Below, in pieces: positions 47,902 to 57,504 of a stretch of 64,000 nucleotides of DNA. Numbering within the stretch: position 1 is the first letter of the stretch; the number at the start of each line of letters is the position of its first letter. Source of the stretch: Labilithrix sp. (GTDB lineage Bacteria; Myxococcota_A; Polyangia; Polyangiales; Polyangiaceae); assembly GCA_044227045.1 (NCBI GenBank), contig JBGAFW010000002.1:195457-259456 (forward strand), read 5' to 3'. The position numbers and the translations under genes were made by a program. The notes beneath the pieces were generated by a model. It ran no database searches, was not told the DNA's origin, and was given only the letters and a program-made list of their open reading frames with translations.

Positions 47902-48771
47902 CTAGCCCAAAGCATCACCAAGGAGCCAGCCAAGCCTCGCGCGAGCCGGCTCGGTGATGGCGCTCGGCGCGGTCATGATGGCGCCCTTGGTCGCGCGGTA
48001 CGCGATGCTCTTGGCCGGATCGGGCAGGTGCGAGGAGAGGTCGGCGAGCGCCTTCTTCGCATTTCCGACGTTCTTCTTCATCGTGGCGACGACCGCCTCG
48101 ACCGTCACGTCGTCGTGCGCGTCGTGCCAGCAGTCGTAGTCGGTGGCGAGCGCCAACGTGGCGAACGGCAGCTCGGCCTCGCGCGCCAGCTTCGCCTCGG
48201 GCATCGACGTCATCCCGATCACCGAGACGCCCCACGTGCGGTAAAGCCGGCTCTCCGCGCGGGTCGAGAATTGCGGCCCCTCCATGCAGACGTAGGTTCC
48301 GCCCTGGTGCGTCGTCGCGCCCGTCGACTGCGCGGCGGCGCCGAGCGCGTCGGCGAGCAACGCGCAGGTGGGGTCGGCGAACGGGACGTGGCCGACGATC
48401 CCATCTTCGAAGAACGTCGTGATGCGCTTCTTCGTGAGGTCGATGAACTGGTCGGGGACGACGAGGTGTCCGGGCTCGATCTCCTCTTTCATCGACCCGA
48501 CGGCGCTCACCGACACGACGTGCGTGGCGCCGGCCTTCTTCAGCGCGCAGACGTTCGCGCGGTAGTTGATGGCGTGTGGCGGGAAGCGATGGCCGCGACC
48601 ATGGCGCGGCAAGAAGAGCATCGTCGTCCCGTTCGCGAGCGTCCCTTTGACGAGGACGTCGCTCGGGCGCCCGAACGGCGTGTCGATGTCGAGCTCCGTG
48701 ACGTCACGAAGACCGTCCATTTCGTACAGACCACTGCCGCCGAGGACACCGAGTGTGTAGCCGCTGCTCAT
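47902..48771 (-). CDS. mtnP: S-methyl-5'-thioadenosine phosphorylase
   Basis: GVLGGSGLY and PFGRPSD motifs. MTAP-typical length. Confidence 0.85.
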   Translation of the reverse strand: MSSGYTLGVLGGSGLYEMDGLRDVTELDIDTPFGRPSDVLVKGTLANGTTMLFLPRHGRGHRFPPHAINYRANVCALKKAGATHVVSVSAVGSMKEEIEPGHLVVPDQFIDLTKKRITTFFEDGIVGHVPFADPTCALLADALGAAAQSTGATTHQGGTYVCMEGPQFSTRAESRLYRTWGVSVIGMTSMPEAKLAREAELPFATLALATDYDCWHDAHDDVTVEAVVATMKKNVGNAKKALADLSSHLPDPAKSIAYRATKGAIMTAPSAITEPARARLGWLLGDALG

Positions 48772-48820
48772 CGCCCCCGGACATAGCGGCGAATGCCCAG
48801 AGCCTCAAGAGTGAGCGACG

Positions 48821-50053
48821 CTAGCGAGGAGCTTTGGCGACGCTGCCTTTGCCGTCGACGAAGCCGCGATGGGCGTTGTTCGTCCAGTACAGGCTCTTGG
48901 CGTCGAGCGCCATCTGGGACGGAGCCTTCTGCTTGGTGGCGATCACCTTCGTGGTCGGTCCGCAATTGGCGATCTCACACGTCTTGATGACGCCTTCGTC
49001 GTTCAAGAAGGAGCCCGCGTCGTTGCTGTAGGTCACGACGGACCAGTAGACGGTCGGTCCCGAGACGGCGATCGCGGTGATGACGTCGTTCGTCACCTCC
49101 GGCACGATCGTCGTGGGGTTCGCGCAGAGCGGCGAGAGCGCGCAGCTCAGGACCTCGTAGCGGCCGGCCCAGTAGAGGATGTTGTTGTCGATCTTGAAGT
49201 CGTTCACGTAGGCGCCAGGGTGGTTCGGCACCGTGACGGGCGCGGGGCAATTCGCCTTCGAAGCGCACTTCTTGATCGTGTAGCCGTTGTCGTCGGAGTA
49301 GATGACGGCGCCGTCCGCGGCGACGATGACGAGCTCCGGGTTCGACGCGTCGGCGATCTTCTTGAAGCCACCGGTGCAGTCCGGGATGGGGCATTGGTAG
49401 ACGCCGCCGGTGCTCTCGTTTTCGGTCCAGTAGAGCGTCGTCGAGTCGAGCGCGAGGCCGTACGAGCGCGTCGACGCGGTGTGCGGGAAGGGAAACGATC
49501 CGCCGTCGGTGCTGCTGAGCGCGATGCGGAGCGGGTTGCCCGGGTCGTAGTAGTTCGACGCGTAGAGATGCGTCGCGTTCACCGCGAGCCGTTCGATCGT
49601 CACCGACTGCGCCGGAGGCAGGAGGGGCTTGGCGGCGACCGTCGCGCTCGCGCAGCCGTTCGTCGGGCAGCTCACGATGCCGGCGGGGTTCGAGTCTCCG
49701 AGGAACCCGAGGTAGACGGTGTCACCTTGCACCGCGATCGCTTCGGCGCCGTACGTGTTCTCGAGCAGCGTGCAGATGCCATTGGCGCAGAGGCCGTTCG
49801 TGCAGTCGTGGCCGCACGCGCCGCAGTTCGCCTTGTCGGTCTTGAGGTCGGCGTTGCACGTGGGCGTCGACGTGTCGCCGTTCGGCCCGTCGCCCGAGAC
49901 GATGACGTCGCCGCTCGAGGACGACGCTTGGCCGTCCGGGTTGTTCGACCCCGCCTCGGCGTTCTCGTCGAAGGTGAGATCCGGCACGCCGATGAGCCCC
50001 GCGCATCCGGTGAGCACGCTGACGAAGAGAAAGAGAAGACGACCGCGCCTCAT
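48821..50053 (-). CDS. Lipoprotein with repeated LYW/YW blades (beta-propeller-like) and a Cys-rich N-terminal module
   Basis: Lipobox LTGCAG. Repeated TLYWT, ILYWA, TVYWS and SLYWT blades. The 708-aa track ORF has an Arg-rich artefactual N-terminus. ATG at 50053. Confidence 0.65.
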   Translation of the reverse strand: MRRGRLLFLFVSVLTGCAGLIGVPDLTFDENAEAGSNNPDGQASSSSGDVIVSGDGPNGDTSTPTCNADLKTDKANCGACGHDCTNGLCANGICTLLENTYGAEAIAVQGDTVYLGFLGDSNPAGIVSCPTNGCASATVAAKPLLPPAQSVTIERLAVNATHLYASNYYDPGNPLRIALSSTDGGSFPFPHTASTRSYGLALDSTTLYWTENESTGGVYQCPIPDCTGGFKKIADASNPELVIVAADGAVIYSDDNGYTIKKCASKANCPAPVTVPNHPGAYVNDFKIDNNILYWAGRYEVLSCALSPLCANPTTIVPEVTNDVITAIAVSGPTVYWSVVTYSNDAGSFLNDEGVIKTCEIANCGPTTKVIATKQKAPSQMALDAKSLYWTNNAHRGFVDGKGSVAKAPR

Positions 50054-50055
50054 CG

Positions 50056-51102
50056 TTAGAAGACCCCCAGCACTGTGAGGCCACCACCCGTCGGTCCGCC
50101 GGTGGGCGCGACGCGAATGGTTGCATGTTGCAGGCTTTTCTTCGAAGCAGGCTCGTTTTGCCCGGTTTTGTTGCCGCCCGGAGCGGTGAAGATGAGCACC
50201 GCGCCGCCCGCGAGGAGCGCGCCGCCAGCCACGAACGAGATCGTCGAGACGAGCCCGAGCGTCTTGGCGCTGTCGGCGGCGTCCACCGCCGACTTGTTCG
50301 CGCACGGACCGTCGTTCGGGCACGCGTTCTTCGCGTCGCTGCTCTTGCCCATCGCCATGAGGCCCGTGACGGCGCCGACCGCGAGGCCCGCGACACCGAC
50401 GCCGCCGACGACGTAGCCGATCGTTCGCTGGCCGCTGCCTTCGTCTTCGGAGGCGCGCGAAGGCGTCTTGGTGGGTTGCGGCGTCGTGCTCGGCTTCGTC
50501 GCGACGGGCGCCGGGGCGGGGGCGTCCGACTCGAGCTTCGGCACCGTGACCTCGACCGACTCGCCGTCCTTCGCCACCGTCGCCGAGGTCTTGAACGGTT
50601 TGTAGCCCGCGGCCGTGGCCTCGACGGAGTGCGCGCCGACGTCGACGGGCGTCGGCAGGTTCCACGACGCTTGAGAGACCGACGCGCCGTCGCGCGTGAC
50701 CTCGAGCTTCGGCGCAGGATCGACGACCTTGATCGTGAGGCGCGCGAGCTTCGGCTCGAGCGCGGTCGCACGTTGGTTGGCGAGCTTCTCCCAGTCCTTG
50801 CGACCGAGCGCCTGCGCCGCGCTGGCGGCTTCCTTGTAGGTCGCCCACGCGCTCGCGGTCTGCTTGTTCTTCTCGTAGCAGTCGCCGAGATGGATGAGCG
50901 TGCCGGCGCCGCGATCGAGCCGGTTCGACTCGGCGAACTTCGGGCACGCCTCGGCGTAGTTGCCTTTGGCGGCGAGCTTCTTCGCGGCGTCGAAGAGCGC
51001 CTCGGCGGCTGCTTCGTTGCCGGCACGCGCGCGCGGCGCGAACGTGACGATCGCAAACGCGACCGCGACCGATGTCGTGAACGTCGTGAGGCGACGGTTC
51101 AT
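50056..51102 (-). CDS. Secreted TPR-like / PEGA-like protein with a C-terminal TM segment
   Basis: Signal peptide. TPR-like helices (NYAEACPKFAES, AWATYKEAASAAQALGR). Two hydrophobic segments near the C-terminus. 2-nt gap to the downstream gene. Confidence 0.55.
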   Translation of the reverse strand: MNRRLTTFTTSVAVAFAIVTFAPRARAGNEAAAEALFDAAKKLAAKGNYAEACPKFAESNRLDRGAGTLIHLGDCYEKNKQTASAWATYKEAASAAQALGRKDWEKLANQRATALEPKLARLTIKVVDPAPKLEVTRDGASVSQASWNLPTPVDVGAHSVEATAAGYKPFKTSATVAKDGESVEVTVPKLESDAPAPAPVATKPSTTPQPTKTPSRASEDEGSGQRTIGYVVGGVGVAGLAVGAVTGLMAMGKSSDAKNACPNDGPCANKSAVDAADSAKTLGLVSTISFVAGGALLAGGAVLIFTAPGGNKTGQNEPASKKSLQHATIRVAPTGGPTGGGLTVLGVF

Positions 51103-51151
51103 GGTCCCCATGATCCTCATCGTACCCAATCTCGCTCGACCCGACGCCTTT

Positions 51152-52639
51152 CTAGCGCCGTCCGATGTTGCTCAGATCGTCAGGCTGCTTTTCGGCAGGC
51201 TTGTCCGGCTGCTTGCCGTTCTTCGGAGCGGCAGGCTTCGTGGCGGGTGTTGGTGGCTTACGCATGTCGGGCAGCGCGCTCGCGGCAGGCGGCTCCGGCG
51301 CGGCGGGCGGACTCGCGCTCGTCGAGGCCGAGGGAAGGGGAGGGAGATCCTTACGGCCGGGCGGGAGCGGGACGCTCTCGCTCTTCTCCGTGCCTTGCGC
51401 TTGGGTGCTCGTCGCGGCGTTCGCGCGCTTGACGTACCAAACCGCGCCGCCGGTCGCTGTCCCCGCGACGAGCAGACCCACGACCGCGATCGCCGCGATC
51501 AAGCCGCCGCTGCTGCTGCTGCTTCGCGCGACGCCGACCTTCTGCTGCTCGTGAAGGAACGGCATCGGGCCGACCTGCGACTGCGTCTCGCCCCACGCGA
51601 CCGAGGTCCCGCCGTGCACGTTCACACGTGACGACGTGGCCGGAGGAATGGGGTTCGAGGCCGTGGGCGCGGACGGCGCGGGGTTCGAAGGAGCCGCGCT
51701 CGGCGAGCGACCTCCGCCTGCGACGGCGCGCACGCGATCGGTCGCGGTGGCCTGGACGTAGCTCGTGAACGGCTCGAGCGCTTGCACGAGCTCGACGACC
51801 GTCTGGAAGCGATCTTCGGGGCGCTTCGCGAGGCAGCGACGCACGATGAGCTCGAGCCCTTCAGGCACGTCGGGGCGGAACTGGCGGACGGGCGGATCGG
51901 GCTCGGTGACGACGACGAGAACGAGCTCGGTCACCGTCTCGGCGTAGAAGGGCACGCGGCCGGTGAGCAATTCGAACAAGATGACGCCGAGCGCCCAGAT
52001 GTCCGTTCGCGTGTCGACGTTCCGCGCGCTCCGGAGCTGCTCGGGCGACATGTAGCTCGGCGATCCGATGACCTCGGTCGTCCTCGTGAGCTGCATGTCC
52101 TCTTGGCCACGCGCGAGCTGCGGGTCGACCTTCGAGATGCCGAAGTCGAGCACCTTCACGACCGGCTTGCCGTGGACGGCGTGCGTGAGAAACAGGTTCT
52201 TCGGCTTGAGATCGCGGTGGATGATGCCGGCCGCGTGCGCTTCGGCGATCGCCTCGCATGCTTGGAGCACGTAATCGACGGCGACGTTGACCGGGAGCTG
52301 CTGCTGCTTGTCGACGATCTCGCCGAGGTCGTGGCCCTCGAGCCGCTCCATCACGATGAACGGGCGGCCGTCTTCGAGGTTGCCGACATCGAGGACGCGC
52401 GCGACGTGCTCGCTGCGAAGGCTCACCGCGGCGCGCGCTTCACGAAGGAAGCGACCGAGGACGTCCGTGTGCTCGAGCGCGCTCTCGCGCAGGAGCTTGA
52501 TCGCGACCTTCTGGCGAAGCGCTTCGTGCTCGGCGGCGAGCACCACGCCCATTCCGCCTTCGCCAATCAAACGCTCGACGCGGTACTTGCCCGCGAGAAG
52601 CTCGCCTCCGGAGAAGCTGCGTTGGGTTGTTCCGTTCAT
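51152..52639 (-). CDS. Hanks-type Ser/Thr protein kinase with a TM helix and a Pro-rich extracytoplasmic tail
   Basis: GEGGMGVV glycine loop, VAIK, HRDLKPKN, DFG and SPEQ motifs. TM helix LIAAIAVVGLLVAG. Confidence 0.9.
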   Translation of the reverse strand: MNGTTQRSFSGGELLAGKYRVERLIGEGGMGVVLAAEHEALRQKVAIKLLRESALEHTDVLGRFLREARAAVSLRSEHVARVLDVGNLEDGRPFIVMERLEGHDLGEIVDKQQQLPVNVAVDYVLQACEAIAEAHAAGIIHRDLKPKNLFLTHAVHGKPVVKVLDFGISKVDPQLARGQEDMQLTRTTEVIGSPSYMSPEQLRSARNVDTRTDIWALGVILFELLTGRVPFYAETVTELVLVVVTEPDPPVRQFRPDVPEGLELIVRRCLAKRPEDRFQTVVELVQALEPFTSYVQATATDRVRAVAGGGRSPSAAPSNPAPSAPTASNPIPPATSSRVNVHGGTSVAWGETQSQVGPMPFLHEQQKVGVARSSSSSGGLIAAIAVVGLLVAGTATGGAVWYVKRANAATSTQAQGTEKSESVPLPPGRKDLPPLPSASTSASPPAAPEPPAASALPDMRKPPTPATKPAAPKNGKQPDKPAEKQPDDLSNIGRR

Positions 52640-52785
52640 TTGAAGAGGGCGGCGACAGAACAGGGGGTAGGCGCGAAACCCCCTGTGCTTGCAGAACGCT
52701 CGATGAGAATAACGACGTCCGGGACCACCGTCGACCCCAAGATCTCGCTAAAGTTTCGGCTAGTCTGCGGTCGACACGAGAAATC

Positions 52786-53721
52786 ATGCGCCCTGAGCTC
52801 TTCCGCCTCTTCGACGTAGGGTTCCCCTCCTACTTCGTGCTTCTGCTGTCCGGCTTTGTCTTCGCGACGGGGCTCGGCGTGCTCTGGGTGCGCCGAATCG
52901 GCTTGAATCCCGATGTGATCGTCGACCTCGGCCTCGCGATGCTCCTCTCGGGGGTCGCGGGCTCACGCATCCTTCACGTGCTCGCGGACGGTCACTTCAT
53001 GGAGTACGTCCACTTGTGTACCGATCCGTCGCAGGTCGACTGGCCGTTCGACCGGGCGGAATGTGTGTCTGCTGCCTACGATGGGGTGTGGGACGCCGCG
53101 AAGGGCGTCTGCCATCCGAAGAGCAGCGACTGCTTTGCGTGGGCGAAGTTCTGGGCGGGCGGCCTCACCTATTACGGAGGGTTCCTCGGCGCGACCGTGG
53201 CCGCGGTCTTCCTCCTGCGTCGCGATCGGTTTCCGTTCTGGAAGGCCGCCGACATGGCGGGCTTCGCGATCCCGATGGGGCTCGCGTTTGGTCGCATGGG
53301 TTGTCTCCTCGCGGGCTGCTGCTTCGGCGCTGTCACGAAGCTCCCGTGGGGGATGTCATTCCCGCCACGAAGCCCCGCGAGCGAAGCGCAGGCGAAAGAG
53401 CATTTGTTGCAGAGTGCACGCATGTGGAGCGAGCCCGTCCATCCGACGCAGGTCTACGAGTCGGCCGCCTCGCTGCTCGTCGCGTTCGTGTGCCTCTACG
53501 TCGTCATGCCGCGGAAGCGATACGACGGTCAGGTCTTCGCCGCGTCGCTCGTCCTCTATGCGACCGCGCGCTGCCTCGTCGAGATCCTGCGGCGCGATGA
53601 TCGCGGCGGCATGATCGGCCTCTCTACGTCGCAGCTCATCGGCCTCGGGCTCATCGCTGCGGCGTTCGTGATCCATCGCACGCTCGGGAAGAAGAAGACC
53701 GCCGCGCTGGCGCCGGCGTAG
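52786..53721 (+). CDS. lgt: Prolipoprotein diacylglyceryl transferase
   Basis: YGGFLGATVAAVFLLRRDRF...IPMGLAFGRMG aligns to E. coli Lgt HGGLIGVIVV...RR...IPFGLGAGRLG. HPTQVYES aligns to HPSQLYEL. Variant signature GRMGCLLAGCCFG. Cys-containing insertion at about residues 75-135. Confidence 0.75.
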   Translation: MRPELFRLFDVGFPSYFVLLLSGFVFATGLGVLWVRRIGLNPDVIVDLGLAMLLSGVAGSRILHVLADGHFMEYVHLCTDPSQVDWPFDRAECVSAAYDGVWDAAKGVCHPKSSDCFAWAKFWAGGLTYYGGFLGATVAAVFLLRRDRFPFWKAADMAGFAIPMGLAFGRMGCLLAGCCFGAVTKLPWGMSFPPRSPASEAQAKEHLLQSARMWSEPVHPTQVYESAASLLVAFVCLYVVMPRKRYDGQVFAASLVLYATARCLVEILRRDDRGGMIGLSTSQLIGLGLIAAAFVIHRTLGKKKTAALAPA

Positions 53722-53846
53722 GCTTTTCTTGTTGGCGCGCGCTTGCGCGACAGTGTGCGTAGACGCCTCAACGGTCGCGCGAGCTCCTGCTCGCGACGCG
53801 CGGGTATTTACGAGCTCGTCCTCGGTTCGCCCCGCGGGAATGTGCC

Positions 53847-54227
53847 TTGCTCTGCCACCCGGAGCAGAACATGACGATGGAACCGACCTACTTCTTGTAC
53901 GCAGGCAAGCTCTTTCACGACGCGTTCGCCGCTCCATTCGACGACCTGGCGCCGGACACGATCCGCGATCCACGTCCGCGCTGGGAGCTCGTGCCGGGCT
54001 CCGAGCACGACGTGCGCCATGACGGCGACCCAACGCCCGCAGGTCCGGAGAGCGAGCCGGTCGGCGACGACGACGACGACGAAGAAGGAGACGCGGGCGA
54101 AGAGGCGGGCGACGGCGATGAGGACGAGGGCGTCGAGAGCAGCGAGCGATCGCCCGCGAGTCACATGCCGATGATCCCGCAGCACCCCACGCCCGACGCC
54201 AACCCGATCGATCCGCGCGTCTTCTAG
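53847..54227 (+). CDS. Hypothetical acidic protein (poly-Asp/Glu tail)
   Basis: Coherent composition. DDDDDEEGDAGEEAGDGDEDEG tract. No homology recognised. Confidence 0.3.
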   Translation: MLCHPEQNMTMEPTYFLYAGKLFHDAFAAPFDDLAPDTIRDPRPRWELVPGSEHDVRHDGDPTPAGPESEPVGDDDDDEEGDAGEEAGDGDEDEGVESSERSPASHMPMIPQHPTPDANPIDPRVF

Positions 54228-54252
54228 GCACGACGCGCTCAAGGAGGACGAT

Positions 54253-54747
54253 ATGGATGATGCAAAGACGAAGCTGATCGAGGCGCTGCGTTCGTTCGAC
54301 ACGCTGATGGTCGCCACGCGCTCGGCAACCGGATCGATCCACGCACGCCCGATGGCGGTGGCCGACGTCGACGATGGCGGCGAGGTGTGGTTCGTGACGG
54401 CCAAAGAGAGCGAGAAGGTCGACGAGACGAGCCTCGACGCGACGGCGCTCGTGACAGGGCAAGATGACCACCGCTACGTGTCGGTGAGCGGCAAGATCGA
54501 CATCATCAACGACCGCGAGCGCATCGCCGCGCTGTGGAAGGCGTCGTGGAACGTCTGGTTTCCCGAAGGAAAAGACGACCCGAGCGCCGTGCTCATGCGC
54601 GTCCGCCCGGAGGTCGCCGAGTACTGGCTGCAAGGCGGCCTGAAGGGCGTTCGCTACCTCTTCGAGGCGACGCGCGCGCTCCTCGATGGGACGACGCCAC
54701 GCGACGAAGCGCTCGACCACGCGAAGGTCTCGCTCCAGGGCCGCTGA
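54253..54747 (+). CDS. Pyridoxamine 5'-phosphate oxidase-like FMN-binding split-barrel protein (general stress protein 26 family)
   Basis: LMVATRSATGSIHARPMAV...VWFVT motif pattern. About 160 aa. Confidence 0.75.
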   Translation: MDDAKTKLIEALRSFDTLMVATRSATGSIHARPMAVADVDDGGEVWFVTAKESEKVDETSLDATALVTGQDDHRYVSVSGKIDIINDRERIAALWKASWNVWFPEGKDDPSAVLMRVRPEVAEYWLQGGLKGVRYLFEATRALLDGTTPRDEALDHAKVSLQGR

Positions 54748-54897
54748 GCCGAACCGCCCGCATCGATCTGCGCGCGGCATCCGCCGTCAGGCAGCGAACG
54801 ACTCGTTCGCTGCCTTTTGGCGTTTCGCGCCGCGTTTCCGCCTTGCATCCGCGCGACTCTGGTGTAAATCGGGCGCGGGGTTAGGGGAAAAGAAGAG

Positions 54898-55116
54898 ATG
54901 AGCAGCTCCGTTTCGACCGTTCCGACGACCGAGTCTTCGAAGAACCTGATGGCCGCTGCAGCAGCGACCGTCGCCGCACGTGGCGAGCTGGAAGAGGCGT
55001 GGTTCGCGGAAGAGCCGCCGGCCAGCACGCGCCGTCCGTCGAGCGGACCGCCTTCGCAGCCCGTGAAGATCGGCGATTTCCTCGGCGATCCCGACGTCGA
55101 CGGCTGGTTGCGCTAA
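54898..55116 (+). CDS. Small hypothetical protein
   Basis: Only the ORF itself and a non-artefactual composition. Weak. Confidence 0.25.
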   Translation: MSSSVSTVPTTESSKNLMAAAAATVAARGELEEAWFAEEPPASTRRPSSGPPSQPVKIGDFLGDPDVDGWLR

Positions 55117-55137
55117 GTAGCCTTCCGCGCGCGTGTG

Positions 55138-55704
55138 TTAGCTGTTGGCCGGTAGCGCTGCCTCGGCGGAGGCGGTCACGTCGGAGGCCGCGGTGGTCAC
55201 GAGCACCGCGCGCGCACGTGCTTGCTCCTCGCGCGTTCGCGTGTGAATCCCGATGAGGATCGTGCCGAAGAGCACCTTGCCGTCGTAGTACTTCGCTTCG
55301 ATCGCGGGCGAGCCGAGCCCCACGAGCGTCCCGAGGATCCCGAGCAGGGCCGCGCCGAGGGCCGCGCCGCTGAGCGCGACGAGCACGGGCCCCGCTTCGG
55401 CGATGGCCGCGAGGCTCGGGATCATGCCCGAGAGGCCCACCGCGAGCCCGGTCATCACGCCGAGCAGCGCGCCGAACGCGACGCCGATGAGCGCGCCTTC
55501 CGGGGCACGCGTCCGCGCCTCGAACGCGAAGTCGTGATCACCATGCCGATCCGGGAACAGCACGGAGACGTCAGCCGCTGGAAACCCGGCCGCGACGAGA
55601 CGACGCACAGTGAGATCGGCCTGCTTGGGGTTGTCGACGATGCCAAGAACGACGCGATTCATGGCCAGCGAGAGCTGCACGTTGTGAGCCTGCGGGTCTC
55701 GCAT
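55138..55704 (-). CDS. Glycine-zipper membrane protein (DUF1269-like stress protein architecture)
   Basis: Soluble N-terminal domain then GALIGVAFGALLGVMTGLAVGLSG and GAALGAALLGILGTLVGLG glycine zippers. The N-terminal extension in the track is an artefact. Confidence 0.5.
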   Translation of the reverse strand: MRDPQAHNVQLSLAMNRVVLGIVDNPKQADLTVRRLVAAGFPAADVSVLFPDRHGDHDFAFEARTRAPEGALIGVAFGALLGVMTGLAVGLSGMIPSLAAIAEAGPVLVALSGAALGAALLGILGTLVGLGSPAIEAKYYDGKVLFGTILIGIHTRTREEQARARAVLVTTAASDVTASAEAALPANS

Positions 55705-55955
55705 GGGCTGCGTCAGCGCCCCCTGATCTTGATCGAGCTCGGGTCGTTTCTGGATCACGCGCGATCCGCATCCGTGTGCGATCTGCGCGGAAAAATCGAC
55801 CCGGTTGAATTTTGAACCGCAACGATTCCGAGAAGTTAACGGTGTCGCCCTAGGTGGTGCGATGTGTGCTTTATGACCATGCACACGCGTCGCGGATCGC
55901 TCACTCGGGAGCCTTCCGCGCGGAAGCGTCCTGCACGCTCTTTGGAGGTCTCGCC

Positions 55956-56960
55956 ATGCTCGCTCGTCGTTTGCTCGCTCTTCTCTTCATCACCACCTCG
56001 GCATGCGTTGCGGTCACAGGCTGCACGGCCGACACAGGCGATGACGCGGCCAACAACGACGAGGACGACAACGTTCACGTCGGCGACGGCAACTCCCCCG
56101 AAGACGAGCTCGTCTCCGAGCGGCAGCTCAATGGCAGCGAGCTCCCCGACAAGACGATCAGCCTCACGTTCGACGACGGGCCTGGGCAGCGGACGTCGGA
56201 GCTCGCGGACTACCTGGCGGCGCAAGGCATCAAGGCGACCTTCTTCATCAACGGCATGAAGGTGCCCGGGCGGCAGGCCGCCGTCGATCGCGTCGTCGGT
56301 CGCGGGCATCTCCTCGCGAACCACACGCAGAACCATCTCCAGCTCACGAAGCAGAGCGCGACGAAGATCGTCAGCGAGATCAGCCTCACCGACCAGACGA
56401 TCGCCGCCGCGCAGCCCGGAGGGCCGTGGGTCATCCGCGCGCCGTTCGGCGCATGGAACGCGACCGTCGCGCACGCGGTGAACGCAACGCCGATGAAGAA
56501 GTACGTCGGAAGCGTGTTCTGGGACGCGGGCGGTGAGCTGACCGCGACGAGCGCAGCCGACTGGGATTGCTGGGGCAAAGGCGTCTCGATCCAGCGCTGC
56601 GGCGAGCTCTACTTGCAGGAGATCAATCGCCGCAAGCACGGCATCGTCCTGATGCACGACATCCACAACAAGACCGTCGACATGGTCAAGCAGATCGTCC
56701 CGCAGCTCGTCGCCGCAGGGTACAAGTTCGCGCCGCTCACCGACGTCCCGTCCGTCAAGCGCGCGATCGCGGCGTCGACCGGCGGCGGCGCCCCCGAGAC
56801 CGATCAGCAGTGCTCGAGCGCCACGCTCGGTCGCGCCGTCGACGAGAACGTTTGCGTGCAGTCACGCAGCAACCAGAAGTGGTTCCGTTGCGTCGACGGC
56901 GAGTGGGCTTCGTCGACCGGTCCCGCCGACACGAAGTGCACGCAGCGTTTCCCGCTCTGA
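55956..56960 (+). CDS. Polysaccharide deacetylase (NodB homology domain) lipoprotein
   Basis: Lipobox AVTGCT. TFDDGP motif, HTQNH and LMHD motifs. C-terminal Cys-rich module. Confidence 0.8.
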   Translation: MLARRLLALLFITTSACVAVTGCTADTGDDAANNDEDDNVHVGDGNSPEDELVSERQLNGSELPDKTISLTFDDGPGQRTSELADYLAAQGIKATFFINGMKVPGRQAAVDRVVGRGHLLANHTQNHLQLTKQSATKIVSEISLTDQTIAAAQPGGPWVIRAPFGAWNATVAHAVNATPMKKYVGSVFWDAGGELTATSAADWDCWGKGVSIQRCGELYLQEINRRKHGIVLMHDIHNKTVDMVKQIVPQLVAAGYKFAPLTDVPSVKRAIAASTGGGAPETDQQCSSATLGRAVDENVCVQSRSNQKWFRCVDGEWASSTGPADTKCTQRFPL

Positions 56961-57006
56961 CGTTTCTTCGCTCGGAGCACGTTCCCACGAGAGCGTGCTC
57001 CGATCG

Positions 57007-57504
57007 TCACTCCGAGGTGTGCTCGCGGAGCGACGTGAGCAGCGACGCCCACCACATGCCGATCGTACGGAGGAACGCCGCGCCGACCTGGCCGTGCCGT
57101 GCCGGATGATCGTCGGGGATCGCGCTCCAGCCGTAGTGACGAACGGTGACGAGCGTGCCTTCCGACTCCGAGCCGGCGGTCGTCTCGAAGAGGACCTCGA
57201 CGAACGTCTTCTCGCCGGGCTTGAAGTTCGCGATGCGCCACTCGAGCTGCAGCTCACGCGGCGGCTCCCACACCGTGATCTTGCCGACCTCGAAGGTGCG
57301 CGTGCCACCGGAGGCGACCTCGAACGTCTCGAAGAGGCGGCCACCGACGCCTTCTTCCATGAACAGCGTGCCTCGACGTGTGCCGCCGAGGCGGTACTTC
57401 GGCCCTTGCCGCCACCATCGATCGATCTCCTTCGTGAAGATCTCGAAGGCGTCGGCGATGGGCACCGCGACGAACACGCTCACCTTGGCGGAGTCGGCGC
57501 TCAT
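57007..57504 (-). CDS. SRPBCC (AHSA1/polyketide-cyclase-like) domain protein
   Basis: Family-typical about 165 aa. Coupled (ATGA) to the upstream ArsR gene. Confidence 0.7.
   Translation of the reverse strand: MSADSAKVSVFVAVPIADAFEIFTKEIDRWWRQGPKYRLGGTRRGTLFMEEGVGGRLFETFEVASGGTRTFEVGKITVWEPPRELQLEWRIANFKPGEKTFVEVLFETTAGSESEGTLVTVRHYGWSAIPDDHPARHGQVGAAFLRTIGMWWASLLTSLREHTSE

Noticed and set aside
46103-48786. Plus-strand ORFs of 328 and 619 aa
   Set aside because: They are antisense to the lipoprotein, PfkB and mtnP genes, which carry clear family motifs.
48821-50947. 708-aa extent of the propeller-lipoprotein ORF
   Set aside because: The N-terminal ~300 aa are Arg-rich and overlap the upstream TPR-like gene in another frame. 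The real start is MRRGRLLFLF, with the ATG at 50053.
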